Positions 17,174-26,008 of a DNA stretch of 32,000 nt are shown one piece after another. This DNA is from Gemmata obscuriglobus (GTDB lineage Bacteria > Planctomycetota > Planctomycetia > Gemmatales > Gemmataceae). The position numbers were made by a program, and so were the translations under genes. The notes under the pieces are model-generated. The model had not been told where the DNA came from and ran no database searches. It saw only the letters and a program-made list of their open reading frames with translations. Within the stretch, counting starts at the first letter, position 1, and each line of letters begins with the position of its first letter. Location of the stretch: contig NZ_CP042911.1 of the NCBI RefSeq assembly GCF_008065095.1, positions 2,640,001-2,672,000 on the forward strand. The letters are read 5' to 3'.

Positions 17174-17716
17174 ATGCCGAAGAGCCTCGTCGCCGTCGCG
17201 CTGCTCGCAGCCCTCAGCGTCACCGCGGCCGCCGCGGACACCAAGTACGCCCTCACCGGCGAGAACACGAAGGTCACGTTCGTCGGCAAGAAGCCGGACG
17301 GCAAGCACACCGGCGGTTTCGGCAAGGTGTCGGGCACCGCAACGGTTACCGACGGCGACCCGAGCAAGCTGGCCGTGACCGTGGACATCGAAACGGAGTC
17401 ACTCTACTCCGACGACGCGAAGCTCACCGGGCACCTCCGGAACGCCGACTTCTTCGACGTGAAGAACCAGCCGAAGGCCACGTTCAAGTCGACCAAGGTT
17501 GAAAAGACCGCGGCCGGCTACACCGTGACCGGCGACCTCACCCTGCTCGGCAAGACGAAGCCGGTGAGCTTCCCGGCCACCATCACCGAGAAGGACGGCA
17601 AGTTGGAGGTGAGCGCGGAGTTCGCCATCGACCGCACCCAGTGGGGCATGAACTACGGCAAGGGCAAGATCGACGACAAGGTCGACCTGGGCATCAAGGT
17701 CGAAGCCAAGAAGTGA
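17174..17716 (+). CDS. YceI-like periplasmic (polyisoprenoid-binding) protein
   Basis: Signal peptide MPKSLVAVALLAALSVTAAAA, followed by the YceI pattern ...KVTFVG.K....H.G.F.......V.......V.VDI...S..SDD.KL..HL...DFFDV...KATF.ST......Y.VTGDLTL.G.TKPV... Confidence 0.85.
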   Translation: MPKSLVAVALLAALSVTAAAADTKYALTGENTKVTFVGKKPDGKHTGGFGKVSGTATVTDGDPSKLAVTVDIETESLYSDDAKLTGHLRNADFFDVKNQPKATFKSTKVEKTAAGYTVTGDLTLLGKTKPVSFPATITEKDGKLEVSAEFAIDRTQWGMNYGKGKIDDKVDLGIKVEAKK

Positions 17717-17730
17717 CCCGGTTCGCCGCC

Positions 17731-17756
17731 GGGCGCCGTTTTGTGAAACGGCGCCC
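17731..17756 (+). terminator. hairpin after the YceI-like gene
   Basis: GGGCGCCGTTT-TGTG-AAACGGCGCCC: a perfect 11-bp stem, 14 nt after the stop. Confidence 0.5.
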
Positions 17757-17928
17757 GACGTGACGGCGATCGGTCCGTGCGCCTCAAGCGCAACCCTTAC
17801 AGTACGCACACAGTCTCTCAACAACTCGACGCCGCACCACACGAAATAGCAGGCAACACCCCGCGCGCCACCAACGGTGGCAGCACTCGGGCGCCGCGCG
17901 CCCGGGCACCTAAACATCAACACGACCT

Positions 17929-18927
17929 ATGCCCCCGCCCCCACCGATCAAAGACGTTCTCGACGCGATGTCACTCTGCGTACTGCCGTGCGCCGGTGCG
18001 GCGGCGGTCGTGATGTGCGCGTTCCTGGTTGTGGGACGGTGGCGGGCGGCCGCGCTCGGCTCGGCGGTCGCGGTGGTGTTCGCCTTTATGGGCGGGAACT
18101 TCACGCTCGCGAATCTCAACACCGAGCAGCCGGCGCCGACCTGGGAGAACACGTCGCGCCTTCTGCCCTGGCAGCCGGGTGCGGAGGCGCCGGGCTACCA
18201 GTGGCTCGCACGGGCCGCACTTGTGCTCGTCGTGACCGGCTTGCTCACACGCTGGCTCGGGCTGGCGCTGGGGCGTGTGCTACCGGAGCGGGTGTGGTGG
18301 CTCGCGAACGTGGCGGTGTGGTGGCCCCGGCTGTGGGCCATCGGCATCGTCAGCGGGTGGCTCGTACTCGGCAACGCCGCAGCGGACCCGCAGTGGGCCG
18401 GGTTACGGTGGCAGCTCGCCGGCGCCGCGGCGCTCGTGTGGCTGGTCCTCGACGGGGTCGCCCGCGGCGGCGCGAGCGGCGAACTCTCCGCTCAACTCGC
18501 GGCGGTGTTCTTCGCGGGCTCGGCGGTGCTGCTGTATTCGCACAACGCGAAGTTCATGGAACTGGCGGTGATACTTGGTTCCGCGATGTTCGGAATCGCG
18601 GCGGCAGTGCTCACGAGACAACACCTCGACGACGCGCCGAAGGCGCTGGCGAGCGGCGCGGTCCCCGCGGCGGCGCTCTTCCTGCCCGGGCTGCTGCTCG
18701 GTACGCGACCGTCGCACGCGGAGAACAAAGTGCCCGACCTGTCGTTCTGGCTCATCGCGCTCGCGCCGCTGGTGCTCGCGCCGTTCCTGATTCCGCGGGT
18801 GAGCCGCCAGAACCGGTGGGTGCTGATCGTCCTGCGGACGCTGCTGATTCTCGCACCGCTCGTGATCGCGGTCGTACTCGCCGGGCAGCACGAAAAGTTC
18901 CCATACGAGGAAGAGCCGGAGTGGTAA
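17929..18927 (+). CDS. multi-pass integral membrane protein, function unknown
   Basis: 332-aa ORF with about 8 hydrophobic segments and many Trp/Leu/Ala residues. It is GC3-rich. No family recognised. Confidence 0.6.
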   Translation: MPPPPPIKDVLDAMSLCVLPCAGAAAVVMCAFLVVGRWRAAALGSAVAVVFAFMGGNFTLANLNTEQPAPTWENTSRLLPWQPGAEAPGYQWLARAALVLVVTGLLTRWLGLALGRVLPERVWWLANVAVWWPRLWAIGIVSGWLVLGNAAADPQWAGLRWQLAGAAALVWLVLDGVARGGASGELSAQLAAVFFAGSAVLLYSHNAKFMELAVILGSAMFGIAAAVLTRQHLDDAPKALASGAVPAAALFLPGLLLGTRPSHAENKVPDLSFWLIALAPLVLAPFLIPRVSRQNRWVLIVLRTLLILAPLVIAVVLAGQHEKFPYEEEPEW

Positions 18928-18954
18928 CCGGCCCTCCCCCTTCCGGAACTGGGC

Positions 18955-20226
18955 TTATGCAACGTCCTTCGTGAACGGCTTCGGCTTCTCCACGATCTGA
19001 ATCGGGCGCCCGGTCGGGGTCTCGTTCTTCTTCGTGTGATCGATGCCGAGCAGTTCGCACACCGTCGCCAGGAAGTCCTGCGCCGTGGTCGGCCGGTCCT
19101 CGACGCTGGCCCCTTCCTTGTCGGTCTTACCGAGCACCTGACCGCCCTTAAGCCCGCCGCCGAACATCGCCAGACTCCACGCCCGCGGGAAGTGGTCGCG
19201 GCCCGGCTTCGCGCCGCGGGTGTTGATGTTCGGGGTGCGGCCGAACTCGCCCATCCACACGATCAGCGTGCTATCCAGCAGTCCCTTCTCCTTCAGGTCG
19301 GTCACCAGCGCGGACAGCGCCGAATCGACCTGCCCGGACAGCGACTTCACGCGCTCGAAGTTGTCCTGGTGGGTGTCCCAGCCGCCCAGCGACACCTCCA
19401 CGAACGGCACGCCCACTTCGACCAGCCGCCGGGCCATCACAACGCCGTCCGCGAACCGGCCCGAGCCGTACTTCCCCTTGGTCCCGTCGCCCGCGATGTC
19501 GAACGCCTTCGCCTCTTTCGATTGCATCAGGCGCACGGCGCGTTCGTAGGTGGTTTTGTGATCGGTGATGGAGTCGGCGCTCTGCTCGCGGTGGAACGCC
19601 TTCTCCATCTGTTCCAGCAGTCCGGTGCGGTTGCCGAGTTGGGCCGCGGACACGGCCGACTTGAGGTCCTCCACGCCGCGAGCCGGGTCGGTGACCAAAA
19701 GCGGCTGGTGTTTCGGCCCGAGGAACCCGGAGCCGTAGCTGCGCCCGCCGATCGCGACGTAGTTCGGCACCGTGTTGTCGGCCTTGCCCATTTCCTGCGA
19801 GACGATGGACCCGAGCGACGGGTACACGACCCCGCCCTGTCCCTCGCGGAAGCCGGTGTGCATGTAGTACTTGGCCCGGGGGTGCGCCCCCTCTGGCGTC
19901 GTCATCCCGCGCACGACCAGGCCGTGGTTCATCACCTGCGCCACCTTCGGCAGGTGCTCGCTGATCTCCACGCCCGGGGCGGCCGTCTTGATCGGCTTGA
20001 ACTCGCCGGCGCCCTTGCTGTCGGGCTTCAGGTCCCAGGTGTCCTTGTGGCTCGGGCCGCCGTCCATCCACAGCAGGATGCACGACTTCGCCTTGCCCCG
20101 ACCACCGGTCGGGGCCGCCTTGGCGAGCAGCGGGAACCAGCCGGACAGCGCGGGGGCGAACACGCCCGACGCGGCCAGCTTCATTACGTCGCGCCGGCTC
20201 TTCTCTTGCAGCTTGGTCGAGAACAT
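18955..20226 (-). CDS. DUF1501 domain protein (sulfatase-like fold, Tat-type signal)
   Basis: SRRDVMKLAASGVFAPAL is Tat-like. The motifs CILLWMDGGPSHKDTWDLKP, GGWDTHQDNF and IVWMGEFGRTP are typical of DUF1501. Confidence 0.85.
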   Translation of the reverse strand: MFSTKLQEKSRRDVMKLAASGVFAPALSGWFPLLAKAAPTGGRGKAKSCILLWMDGGPSHKDTWDLKPDSKGAGEFKPIKTAAPGVEISEHLPKVAQVMNHGLVVRGMTTPEGAHPRAKYYMHTGFREGQGGVVYPSLGSIVSQEMGKADNTVPNYVAIGGRSYGSGFLGPKHQPLLVTDPARGVEDLKSAVSAAQLGNRTGLLEQMEKAFHREQSADSITDHKTTYERAVRLMQSKEAKAFDIAGDGTKGKYGSGRFADGVVMARRLVEVGVPFVEVSLGGWDTHQDNFERVKSLSGQVDSALSALVTDLKEKGLLDSTLIVWMGEFGRTPNINTRGAKPGRDHFPRAWSLAMFGGGLKGGQVLGKTDKEGASVEDRPTTAQDFLATVCELLGIDHTKKNETPTGRPIQIVEKPKPFTKDVA

Positions 20227-20282
20227 GGCCGCTCCGGGATGAATGTTGTGTTCGGCGCACCGCCCTTGCGAGCGGGTCGCGT

Positions 20283-21995
20283 TTATCGCACCAGTGTGAA
20301 TTCGCTACTGTTGAGCACGGCCCAAAGGATGTCGCCGTAGGCCGTCGGGGTGCCGATGCGGGCGACGTAGGCGTTCAAGTTCTTCACCTCGTCCGAAGTC
20401 GGACGGCGCGACAGGCACGCGAGGTAGATCCGCTCGAACGCCTCCTCGGACCGCCCTACCTGTCCGATGACAGCACGCGCCGCGGCCGGGCTGTTCGTAA
20501 CCGGCGCGTTCATCAGTTTGAGGGCCTGCGGGATGCCGGCCTCGTAGTCGAGCGCGCTGGCCGAGTCCGCCCCGGCGAGGAAGAAGTTCACGAACTGGTC
20601 GCGGGCGCCGAGCCGCACGCCCTTTTGCGCGCTTTGCGCCTTCGCGCCCTTCTTGTCCATCACGGCCGCGTTGTTCCCCGTCACCTGGGCCAGCGAGTCG
20701 TAAAGCTGCTCGGGCGACATCACCTTGACCGCGGGGTGGCTGTACAGCGCCTGATCGGCCTTGTTGTCCGCGGTGGGTTTGCTCGTGCGCTGGTACGTCT
20801 CGCTCAGACAGATCGCCTTGATGAGGTACTTCAGGTCGAACTCGGCGGCGGTCGAAACGTGGTGGGCCAGCGCGTTGAGCAGGTCCGGGTGCGTCGCCTC
20901 GTTTTCCGGGAGCATGTCGTCCACCGGGTTCACGAACCCGCGGCCGAACAGGTGCGCCCAGGTGCGGTTCACCAGCGCCTTCGCGAAGAACGGGTTGGTC
21001 GAACTCGTCATCCACTTCGCCAGCGCGGGCCGGTACGGGTCCGCGGCGCCCAGCGCCGGTTGCTCGCCGCCGAGGTACCGCGCCGGGACCGTCTTTGCCG
21101 ACTCCGGGAAGAAGTCCTTCTGCCGGGTCGTCACCCGCCCCTCCTGAACGCCGATCTGGGTGTTGTCGCCGCCCTTGTTCGCGTTCTTCGGGTTGTCCGC
21201 CTTCACCTTGCTGTAGAACGCCGCCATCCCCCAGTACTCCGTCTGCTTCCAGGAGGTGAACGGGTGGTTGTGGCACTGCGCGCACTGGAGCTGGATGCCC
21301 AGGAAGTGCTGCGACGTGGTGTCGGTGAGCTTGTCCACCGACCGGTTCGCGAGGAAGTACGTGGTCGCCGGGTTGTCGGCGACGGTGCCGGTCGCGGTCA
21401 CCAGCGCGGCGACCAGTTTGTCCCAACCCGGGTTCGTGTTGAACTGCTCCTCCAGCCACTTGTACAGTGGCTCTTTCAGTACGAACCGGTTCGCGCTGTC
21501 GCGGGGGAACAGCTTGGCGGCCCAGATGTCGGCCATCCGGCGGCCGAAGTGCGGGTCGGCGAGCAGTTCGTCGATCAGCCGGGCGCGCTTGTCGGGGCTC
21601 GTGTCGTCGAGAAACGTTTTCGCGCGCTCGGCGGTCGGGATCACACCGGCGATGTCGAGCGACACGCGGCGGAGGAACTCGTCGTCGGCACTCCGGGCCG
21701 AAGCCACGAGCTTCGACGCCACGAGTCGCTTGTTGATCTCGTCGTCGATCACCCGCGCCAGCGCCGCAGCGTCTTTCGTTTTGGGCGTCGCGACGGTGAT
21801 AACGACCGGCTTGACCTCGACCGGAACCGCGGGCTTGGCCACGGGAGCCGGCGGCACGGCGGCGGGCGGATCGGCCTTCTTGTTCTTCTTGCCCTTCTTG
21901 TTGGCTTTGTCCTGCGCGTCGGCGAGTGTCAAATCACCGGCGAGAGCGACCAGGCCGGCGGTGAGCGCGAACAGTGCCAGCGAGCGAAACCGCAT
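20283..21995 (-). CDS. DUF1549/DUF1553 domain protein (planctomycete PSD1-type), partner of the DUF1501 gene
   Basis: FLRRVSLDIAGVIPT is DUF1549-type. LGIQLQCAQCHNHPFTSWKQTEYWGMAAFY is also present. The C-terminus ...RPTSDEV...ILWAVLNSSEFTLVR is DUF1553-type. The gene lies directly upstream of DUF1501, as is usual. Confidence 0.85.
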   Translation of the reverse strand: MRFRSLALFALTAGLVALAGDLTLADAQDKANKKGKKNKKADPPAAVPPAPVAKPAVPVEVKPVVITVATPKTKDAAALARVIDDEINKRLVASKLVASARSADDEFLRRVSLDIAGVIPTAERAKTFLDDTSPDKRARLIDELLADPHFGRRMADIWAAKLFPRDSANRFVLKEPLYKWLEEQFNTNPGWDKLVAALVTATGTVADNPATTYFLANRSVDKLTDTTSQHFLGIQLQCAQCHNHPFTSWKQTEYWGMAAFYSKVKADNPKNANKGGDNTQIGVQEGRVTTRQKDFFPESAKTVPARYLGGEQPALGAADPYRPALAKWMTSSTNPFFAKALVNRTWAHLFGRGFVNPVDDMLPENEATHPDLLNALAHHVSTAAEFDLKYLIKAICLSETYQRTSKPTADNKADQALYSHPAVKVMSPEQLYDSLAQVTGNNAAVMDKKGAKAQSAQKGVRLGARDQFVNFFLAGADSASALDYEAGIPQALKLMNAPVTNSPAAARAVIGQVGRSEEAFERIYLACLSRRPTSDEVKNLNAYVARIGTPTAYGDILWAVLNSSEFTLVR

Positions 21996-22587
21996 GGGAC
22001 ACCTCCGACGGGGCGAAGCAGCGATACCGGATCAAACCCCCACAAACTGGTGCAAGTTCCGCGCGGATCGAGATAAGACCAACACGAGAGAGACTCGTTC
22101 CGGCCGCCGAGTCACCGGCAGTCGTGCGACCCGCGTATCAGGTATTTCCCCACCTGATTTCTCAACATCGGACTACCGGATGTTTCTTCCCGGCCCAAAC
22201 CCCAACTCTCACGAGGAGCCGGCAGGAGCTTCTCACCCATAAATCCGAACGGGAATCACAACAAGAACCCATCGTAAACAGTATCGGGACAAGCCGTTAC
22301 ACTTTGCCGACGGCGGCCCCGAAGGCGTTCTCTCCTCGCTGCGCGAGTTGCTCCCGAGAGGTAAAAGTCCGTGATTGGAAGGTAGCAGCGCCCCAGCGAC
22401 CCGGTAGCGAATCGCCAGCCCGAAGCCAGCGAATGTCCCGTCGGCGCTCTATCAGTTGCGACCGGCACGGCGAGGCTGTAACGGGGGTTACAGCGCGCAC
22501 TCGTTGCGAACAGCGAGAGCATTCGGGTGCTGCCGCGGTCATCATCGGTCGTGAACCCCGCGCCCGGAGGGACGACTCGCAGCGGCC

Positions 22588-22726
22588 CATACATGACCAC
22601 ACGACCACCTGCGGTGTCGCTTGTGTTGACGAGCCGCGACCGCCAGGGAGCGGGATACGTGGCAACGCTCCCTGGCGGTCGCGGCTCGTTAAGACAGCGG
22701 TAGCATTACCGGATACGTGTATCAGG
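22588..22726. mobile_element. MITE-like palindromic element (~140 bp), an internally deleted derivative of IS-A in the opposite orientation
   Basis: The left part matches the reverse complement of the outer IS-A right repeat. The right part matches the reverse complement of the outer IS-A left repeat. The junction falls at CGCTCCCTGG|CGGTCGCGG. The whole element folds as a long hairpin: GACGAGCCGCGACCGCCAGGGAGCG...CGCTCCCTGGCGGTCGCGGCTCGT. Confidence 0.65.
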
Positions 22727-22735
22727 CCGACGGCA

Positions 22736-23506
22736 TCAGATGACGAACAGCGTCTTCGCGTTCCGCGTGGTGTGCTCTTCCAGTTCCGCAACGCTCACGC
22801 CCTTCACCTGGGCCAGAAGTGCGGCAGTGTGTGCCACGTGCGCCGGCTCGTTGCGCTTGCCGCGGACCGGTTGCGGGGCGAGGTACGGGCTGTCGGTTTC
22901 GACCAGCAATCGGTCGAGCGGCACCTCCTTCGCCACATCCCGAAGGTTCTGGGCACTGGGGTAAGTGACCATCCCGGCAAATGACACGTACAGACCTAAT
23001 TCGAGGCACGCGCGGGCGGTGTCGATGTCCCCGCTGAACGAGTGCATGACCGCGGCCAGCGGTCCGTTCTGCTCCTGACCGCGGAGCACCTTCACAACGT
23101 CCGCTTCGGCCTCCCGGCAGTGGATCACGAACGGCTTGCGCAGCCGCCGGGCCAGTTCGATGTGCCGCGCGAAGTAGTCTTCCTGCACGTGAAACGGTGC
23201 CCGGTCCCAGTACCGGTCGAGTCCGGTTTCGCCGATCGCAACGACGCGCGGCTCGCGCTCGGCGAGTTTCACGATCTCGTCCCAATCGCCGGCGCCGGCT
23301 TCGGCGGTGTGGTTGGGCTGAATGCCCACCGCCGCGACCACGAGGGGGTACTTGTTCGCGATCTCGACCGACGCGCGCGACGACTCCAGATCGATCCCCA
23401 GACACACGATCCGCTCCACGCCGGCCGCCGCGGCGCGGTCCAGCACCGCCGGCAGGTCGTGGCGGAACTTCTCGTCGAACAGGTGCGCGTGCGTGTCGAT
23501 CAGCAT
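22736..23506 (-). CDS. tatD: TatD-family metal-dependent hydrolase/DNase
   Basis: Start at ATG 23506 (MLIDTHAHLFDEKF). The motifs IDTHAHL, FVIHCREA, MHSFSG and VETDSPYLAP are present. Confidence 0.85.
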   Translation of the reverse strand: MLIDTHAHLFDEKFRHDLPAVLDRAAAAGVERIVCLGIDLESSRASVEIANKYPLVVAAVGIQPNHTAEAGAGDWDEIVKLAEREPRVVAIGETGLDRYWDRAPFHVQEDYFARHIELARRLRKPFVIHCREAEADVVKVLRGQEQNGPLAAVMHSFSGDIDTARACLELGLYVSFAGMVTYPSAQNLRDVAKEVPLDRLLVETDSPYLAPQPVRGKRNEPAHVAHTAALLAQVKGVSVAELEEHTTRNAKTLFVI

Positions 23507-23592
23507 CGGTGTTGGGTGCGTGTGTGAAGGAATGGCGTCTTGTTGTGGAACCGTCCGGTACACGATCCGGTGGGGGGTGGTGTCTGCTTCTT

Positions 23593-23656
23593 GTGGCACA
23601 GACATTCTTGTCTGTGCAGCTTTGCGATCCCGCACCGACAGGAATGTCTGTGCCAC
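23593..23656 (-). promoter_or_regulatory. three-segment alternative-pairing structure in the nuoN-tatD intergenic region
   Basis: GTGGCACAGACATTC (23593-23607) is perfectly complementary to GAATGTCTGTGCCAC (23642-23656). Its core GCACAGAC (23596-23603) also pairs with the adjacent GTCTGTGC (23610-23617). Confidence 0.35.
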
Positions 23657-23702
23657 AAAAACAAAATCCGAAACAGACGCTCGAACCGAACCGTGAATGC
23701 GT

Positions 23703-25247
23703 TTACTTCACGCCGAACGTCGCGGCAGCGCGAGCGGTTTCGGCCGTCAGCGGGTCCCACACGACGCCGGCCGCGATCAGGGCCGCCACGAGGGCCAGAA
23801 GAAGAAGCGCCGCGCCGGGCGGGCACGCCACGGGGGCGACCCCGAGTTCGGGGTCGTCGAGCAGCATGGCCCGAACGACCTTGAGGTAATAGTACGCGCT
23901 GAGCGCGGTGTTCACCGCCCCGACGCCCAGGAGCACGAAGAACAGCGTTCCCAGCCCCGGCGGGCCGCTCGCGTGGGTCGCATCCGCTGCGGCGTACACC
24001 GCGGCGAACACCTGGAACTTCCCCGCGAACCCCGCGAGTGGCGGCAACCCCAGCAGGCTCGCCAGGAACACCGCGAGCGTAACCGCGAGGATCGGATTCC
24101 GACGCACCAGTCCGCGATACGCGCCGAGGTCTTCGCTGCCGGTCGCGTTGCGCACCAGCGCGACCACGCCGAACGCCCCCAGGTTCATCGCCACATACGC
24201 GCACAGGTAGTAGAGCACCGCCGCAGCGCCGGCGGAACTTGTCACCGCCAAGGCCATCAGCATGTAGCCCGCGTGCGCGATGGTGGAGTACGCCAGCAGG
24301 CGCTTCAGGTTCGTTTGGCCGAACGCGACGAGGTTACCGAACGTCGCGGTGAGCATCGCGACCACCGCGACCATCGCCCCGAGGTGCGCGGGAACCGCCG
24401 CGGTGTCCGGCTGTGCGGCGTGGAGCGTGAGCAGCACCCGCCCTACCAGTCCGATGGCAACCGCCTTCGATGCCACCGACAGGAACCCGGCGACTTCGGC
24501 GGCGGCGCCCTCGAACACATCGGGGCACCAGAACTGGAACGGCACCGCCGCGAGCTTGAACCCCAACCCGACGGACACGAGCGCCAGACCCGCGAGAACC
24601 GGCAAATCCGGCCCGCGCTGGGCGATCCCCGCGGCAACGTCGTGCAGCGTTCCGGTGCCGAACACGCCCGCAAGGAGCGTGAGCCCGTACAGCATCACCC
24701 CGCTCGCCGCGGCGCCGTACACAACGTACTTCAGCGCGGCCTCGCTCCCGGTGCGCCGGCCCTTCAGGAACCCGGCCAGTGCGTACCCCGGTAGGCTCGC
24801 CATCTCGACCGCGATGAACACCATGAGCAGGTGCCCCGCCGACGCCATCAGCGACATCCCGAGCGTGCCGCCGAGGAGAAGGACGTAAAAGTCGGCCGAA
24901 TCGTCGCGGTCCGGAATACCGGTGGCGAGCGTGAGGAGCACGGTAACCAGCGCCGCCACCAGTACGATCAAGCGCACGAAGCGGCCCCACGAGTCCGAGA
25001 GCAGCATCCCGGCGAAGTACGCCCCGCCCGCAGGCGGTTCGTACACCTGATACCCGCCGGCGAACAGGCTGACCGCGACCGCGATCACCGCCACCCCGCC
25101 GAGGTGAACGCGGTCCAGCGCAGGAAGGAGGCGCGCGAGCAGGAGAGCGACGATCCCGACGCACAGGCTCAGTTCGGGCAGGAAGAGCAGCAGGTCGTTT
25201 TCCAGCGCGGACTGGAGTTTGACGATGTCGTCGTGCGTGGGGAACAT
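23703..25247 (-). CDS. nuoN: NADH-quinone oxidoreductase subunit N (NuoN/ND2 family antiporter-like subunit)
   Basis: 514-aa polytopic protein. The NuoN-type N-terminus is ...LLLFLPELSLCVGIVALLL. Other motifs are FQFWCPDVFEGA, KRLLAYSTIAHAGYMLMAL and GLPPLAGFAGKF. Confidence 0.8.
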   Translation of the reverse strand: MFPTHDDIVKLQSALENDLLLFLPELSLCVGIVALLLARLLPALDRVHLGGVAVIAVAVSLFAGGYQVYEPPAGGAYFAGMLLSDSWGRFVRLIVLVAALVTVLLTLATGIPDRDDSADFYVLLLGGTLGMSLMASAGHLLMVFIAVEMASLPGYALAGFLKGRRTGSEAALKYVVYGAAASGVMLYGLTLLAGVFGTGTLHDVAAGIAQRGPDLPVLAGLALVSVGLGFKLAAVPFQFWCPDVFEGAAAEVAGFLSVASKAVAIGLVGRVLLTLHAAQPDTAAVPAHLGAMVAVVAMLTATFGNLVAFGQTNLKRLLAYSTIAHAGYMLMALAVTSSAGAAAVLYYLCAYVAMNLGAFGVVALVRNATGSEDLGAYRGLVRRNPILAVTLAVFLASLLGLPPLAGFAGKFQVFAAVYAAADATHASGPPGLGTLFFVLLGVGAVNTALSAYYYLKVVRAMLLDDPELGVAPVACPPGAALLLLALVAALIAAGVVWDPLTAETARAAATFGVK

Positions 25248-25401
25248 GCCGCGTCGTTCCTGGCGGAGGGGAGAAGCGTAGCCTACCCGCGTGCCGGCGC
25301 AACGGGAAGTGCTTCGCCGACCGACGGAGCTAAAGCGCGGTTATCAGAAGCCGGGGTTTTGCTCACCCTTCTGGGCAGGCCAATATTGCGTCGGCCGACT
25401 T

Positions 25402-25493
25402 CAGTAGTTCCAAGTTCCAAGTAGAGTCACGAGCCGCACGAACCGTTGGAACTTTTGACGAGCCCTGGGCCGACTTGGAATCTGGAACTACTG
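25402..25493. repeat. imperfect palindromic element overlapping the 3' end of the toxin-fusion ORF
   Basis: CAGTAGTTCCAAGTTCCAAGT (25402-25422) against ACTTGGAATCTGGAACTACTG (25473-25493), with 19 of 21 positions complementary. The spacer contains CACGAGCCGCACGAACCG and TTGACGAGCC, which resemble the IS-A repeat motif TTGACGAGCCGCGACCGCC. Confidence 0.45.
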
Positions 25494-26008
25494 GAATTGC
25501 TACGACCGCACTCCACCCAGCATTGGCGGTGACGAGCAACTCCCGCCGCACCCCCGCTCTCGCCTCTTTGTGGGGAGCGGGCCAGTTCGATTTGTGGACG
25601 AATGAATTGCGCCAGAGCGGCGTCGCTCTCACCGCCCTTCTCTTCCAAATAGTCGGCGTAGACGAGCCGCGCGGTGTCGTCGTCCGGGTCGGCAGTAACG
25701 GCGGCCAGCAGCGCGGCTTCGGTGGACACGCGAGCACCCTCACGCGAACAGTTCCCGACCCACTTCACGGCCGCAACGTACACCACCTTCGCTGCGTCGT
25801 CGATGAAGAACGCGACGCACAGCGGGCGATGGAACCACAACCGGATGTCAGCCCGCTCGCGCGACTCGCCCAGGTCGAACGGCCGGTCGCGGAGCAACCG
25901 GTTAACGACATCGGCCAGTTCGGCGATCGATTCTTTCAGAAACGCTCGCGCCCACAACCAGCGCAAACGCGCCTCCGCGAGCGGCAGCCAGCGCACGGTG
26001 TAGTTCAT
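25427..26008 (-). CDS. RelE/ParE-like toxin fused in frame to a TIGR02996-type N-terminal domain, with a degenerate C-terminus
   Basis: Residues 1-86 read MNYTVRWLPLAEARL...IRLWFHRPLCVAFFIDDAAKVVYVAAVKWVG, which has the RelE/ParE pattern. Next comes (GTG)STEAALLAAVTADPDDDTARLVYADYLEEKG...FIRPQIELA, the TIGR02996 signature as I remember it. The last ~35 aa are encoded by the palindromic element. Confidence 0.55.
   Translation of the reverse strand: MNYTVRWLPLAEARLRWLWARAFLKESIAELADVVNRLLRDRPFDLGESRERADIRLWFHRPLCVAFFIDDAAKVVYVAAVKWVGNCSREGARVSTEAALLAAVTADPDDDTARLVYADYLEEKGGESDAALAQFIRPQIELARSPQRGESGGAAGVARHRQCWVECGRSNSSSSRFQVGPGLVKSSNGSCGS

Noticed and set aside
22357-22390. GAGAGGTAAAAGTCCG...UUGGAAGGUAGCAGCG, reminiscent of the RNase P 'GGAAAGUCCG' motif and the SRP RNA 'GGAAGG.AGCAGC' motif.
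   Set aside because: The complementary strands needed for the SRP helix 8 or RNase P P4 pairings are not present. Other universal motifs of either RNA are also absent nearby. I treat this as a chance resemblance.
21974-22984. 336-aa + strand ORF across the 22000-22590 region, the MITE and the 3' end of tatD.
   Set aside because: It crosses a palindromic mobile element and runs antisense into tatD. Its composition is not protein-like.
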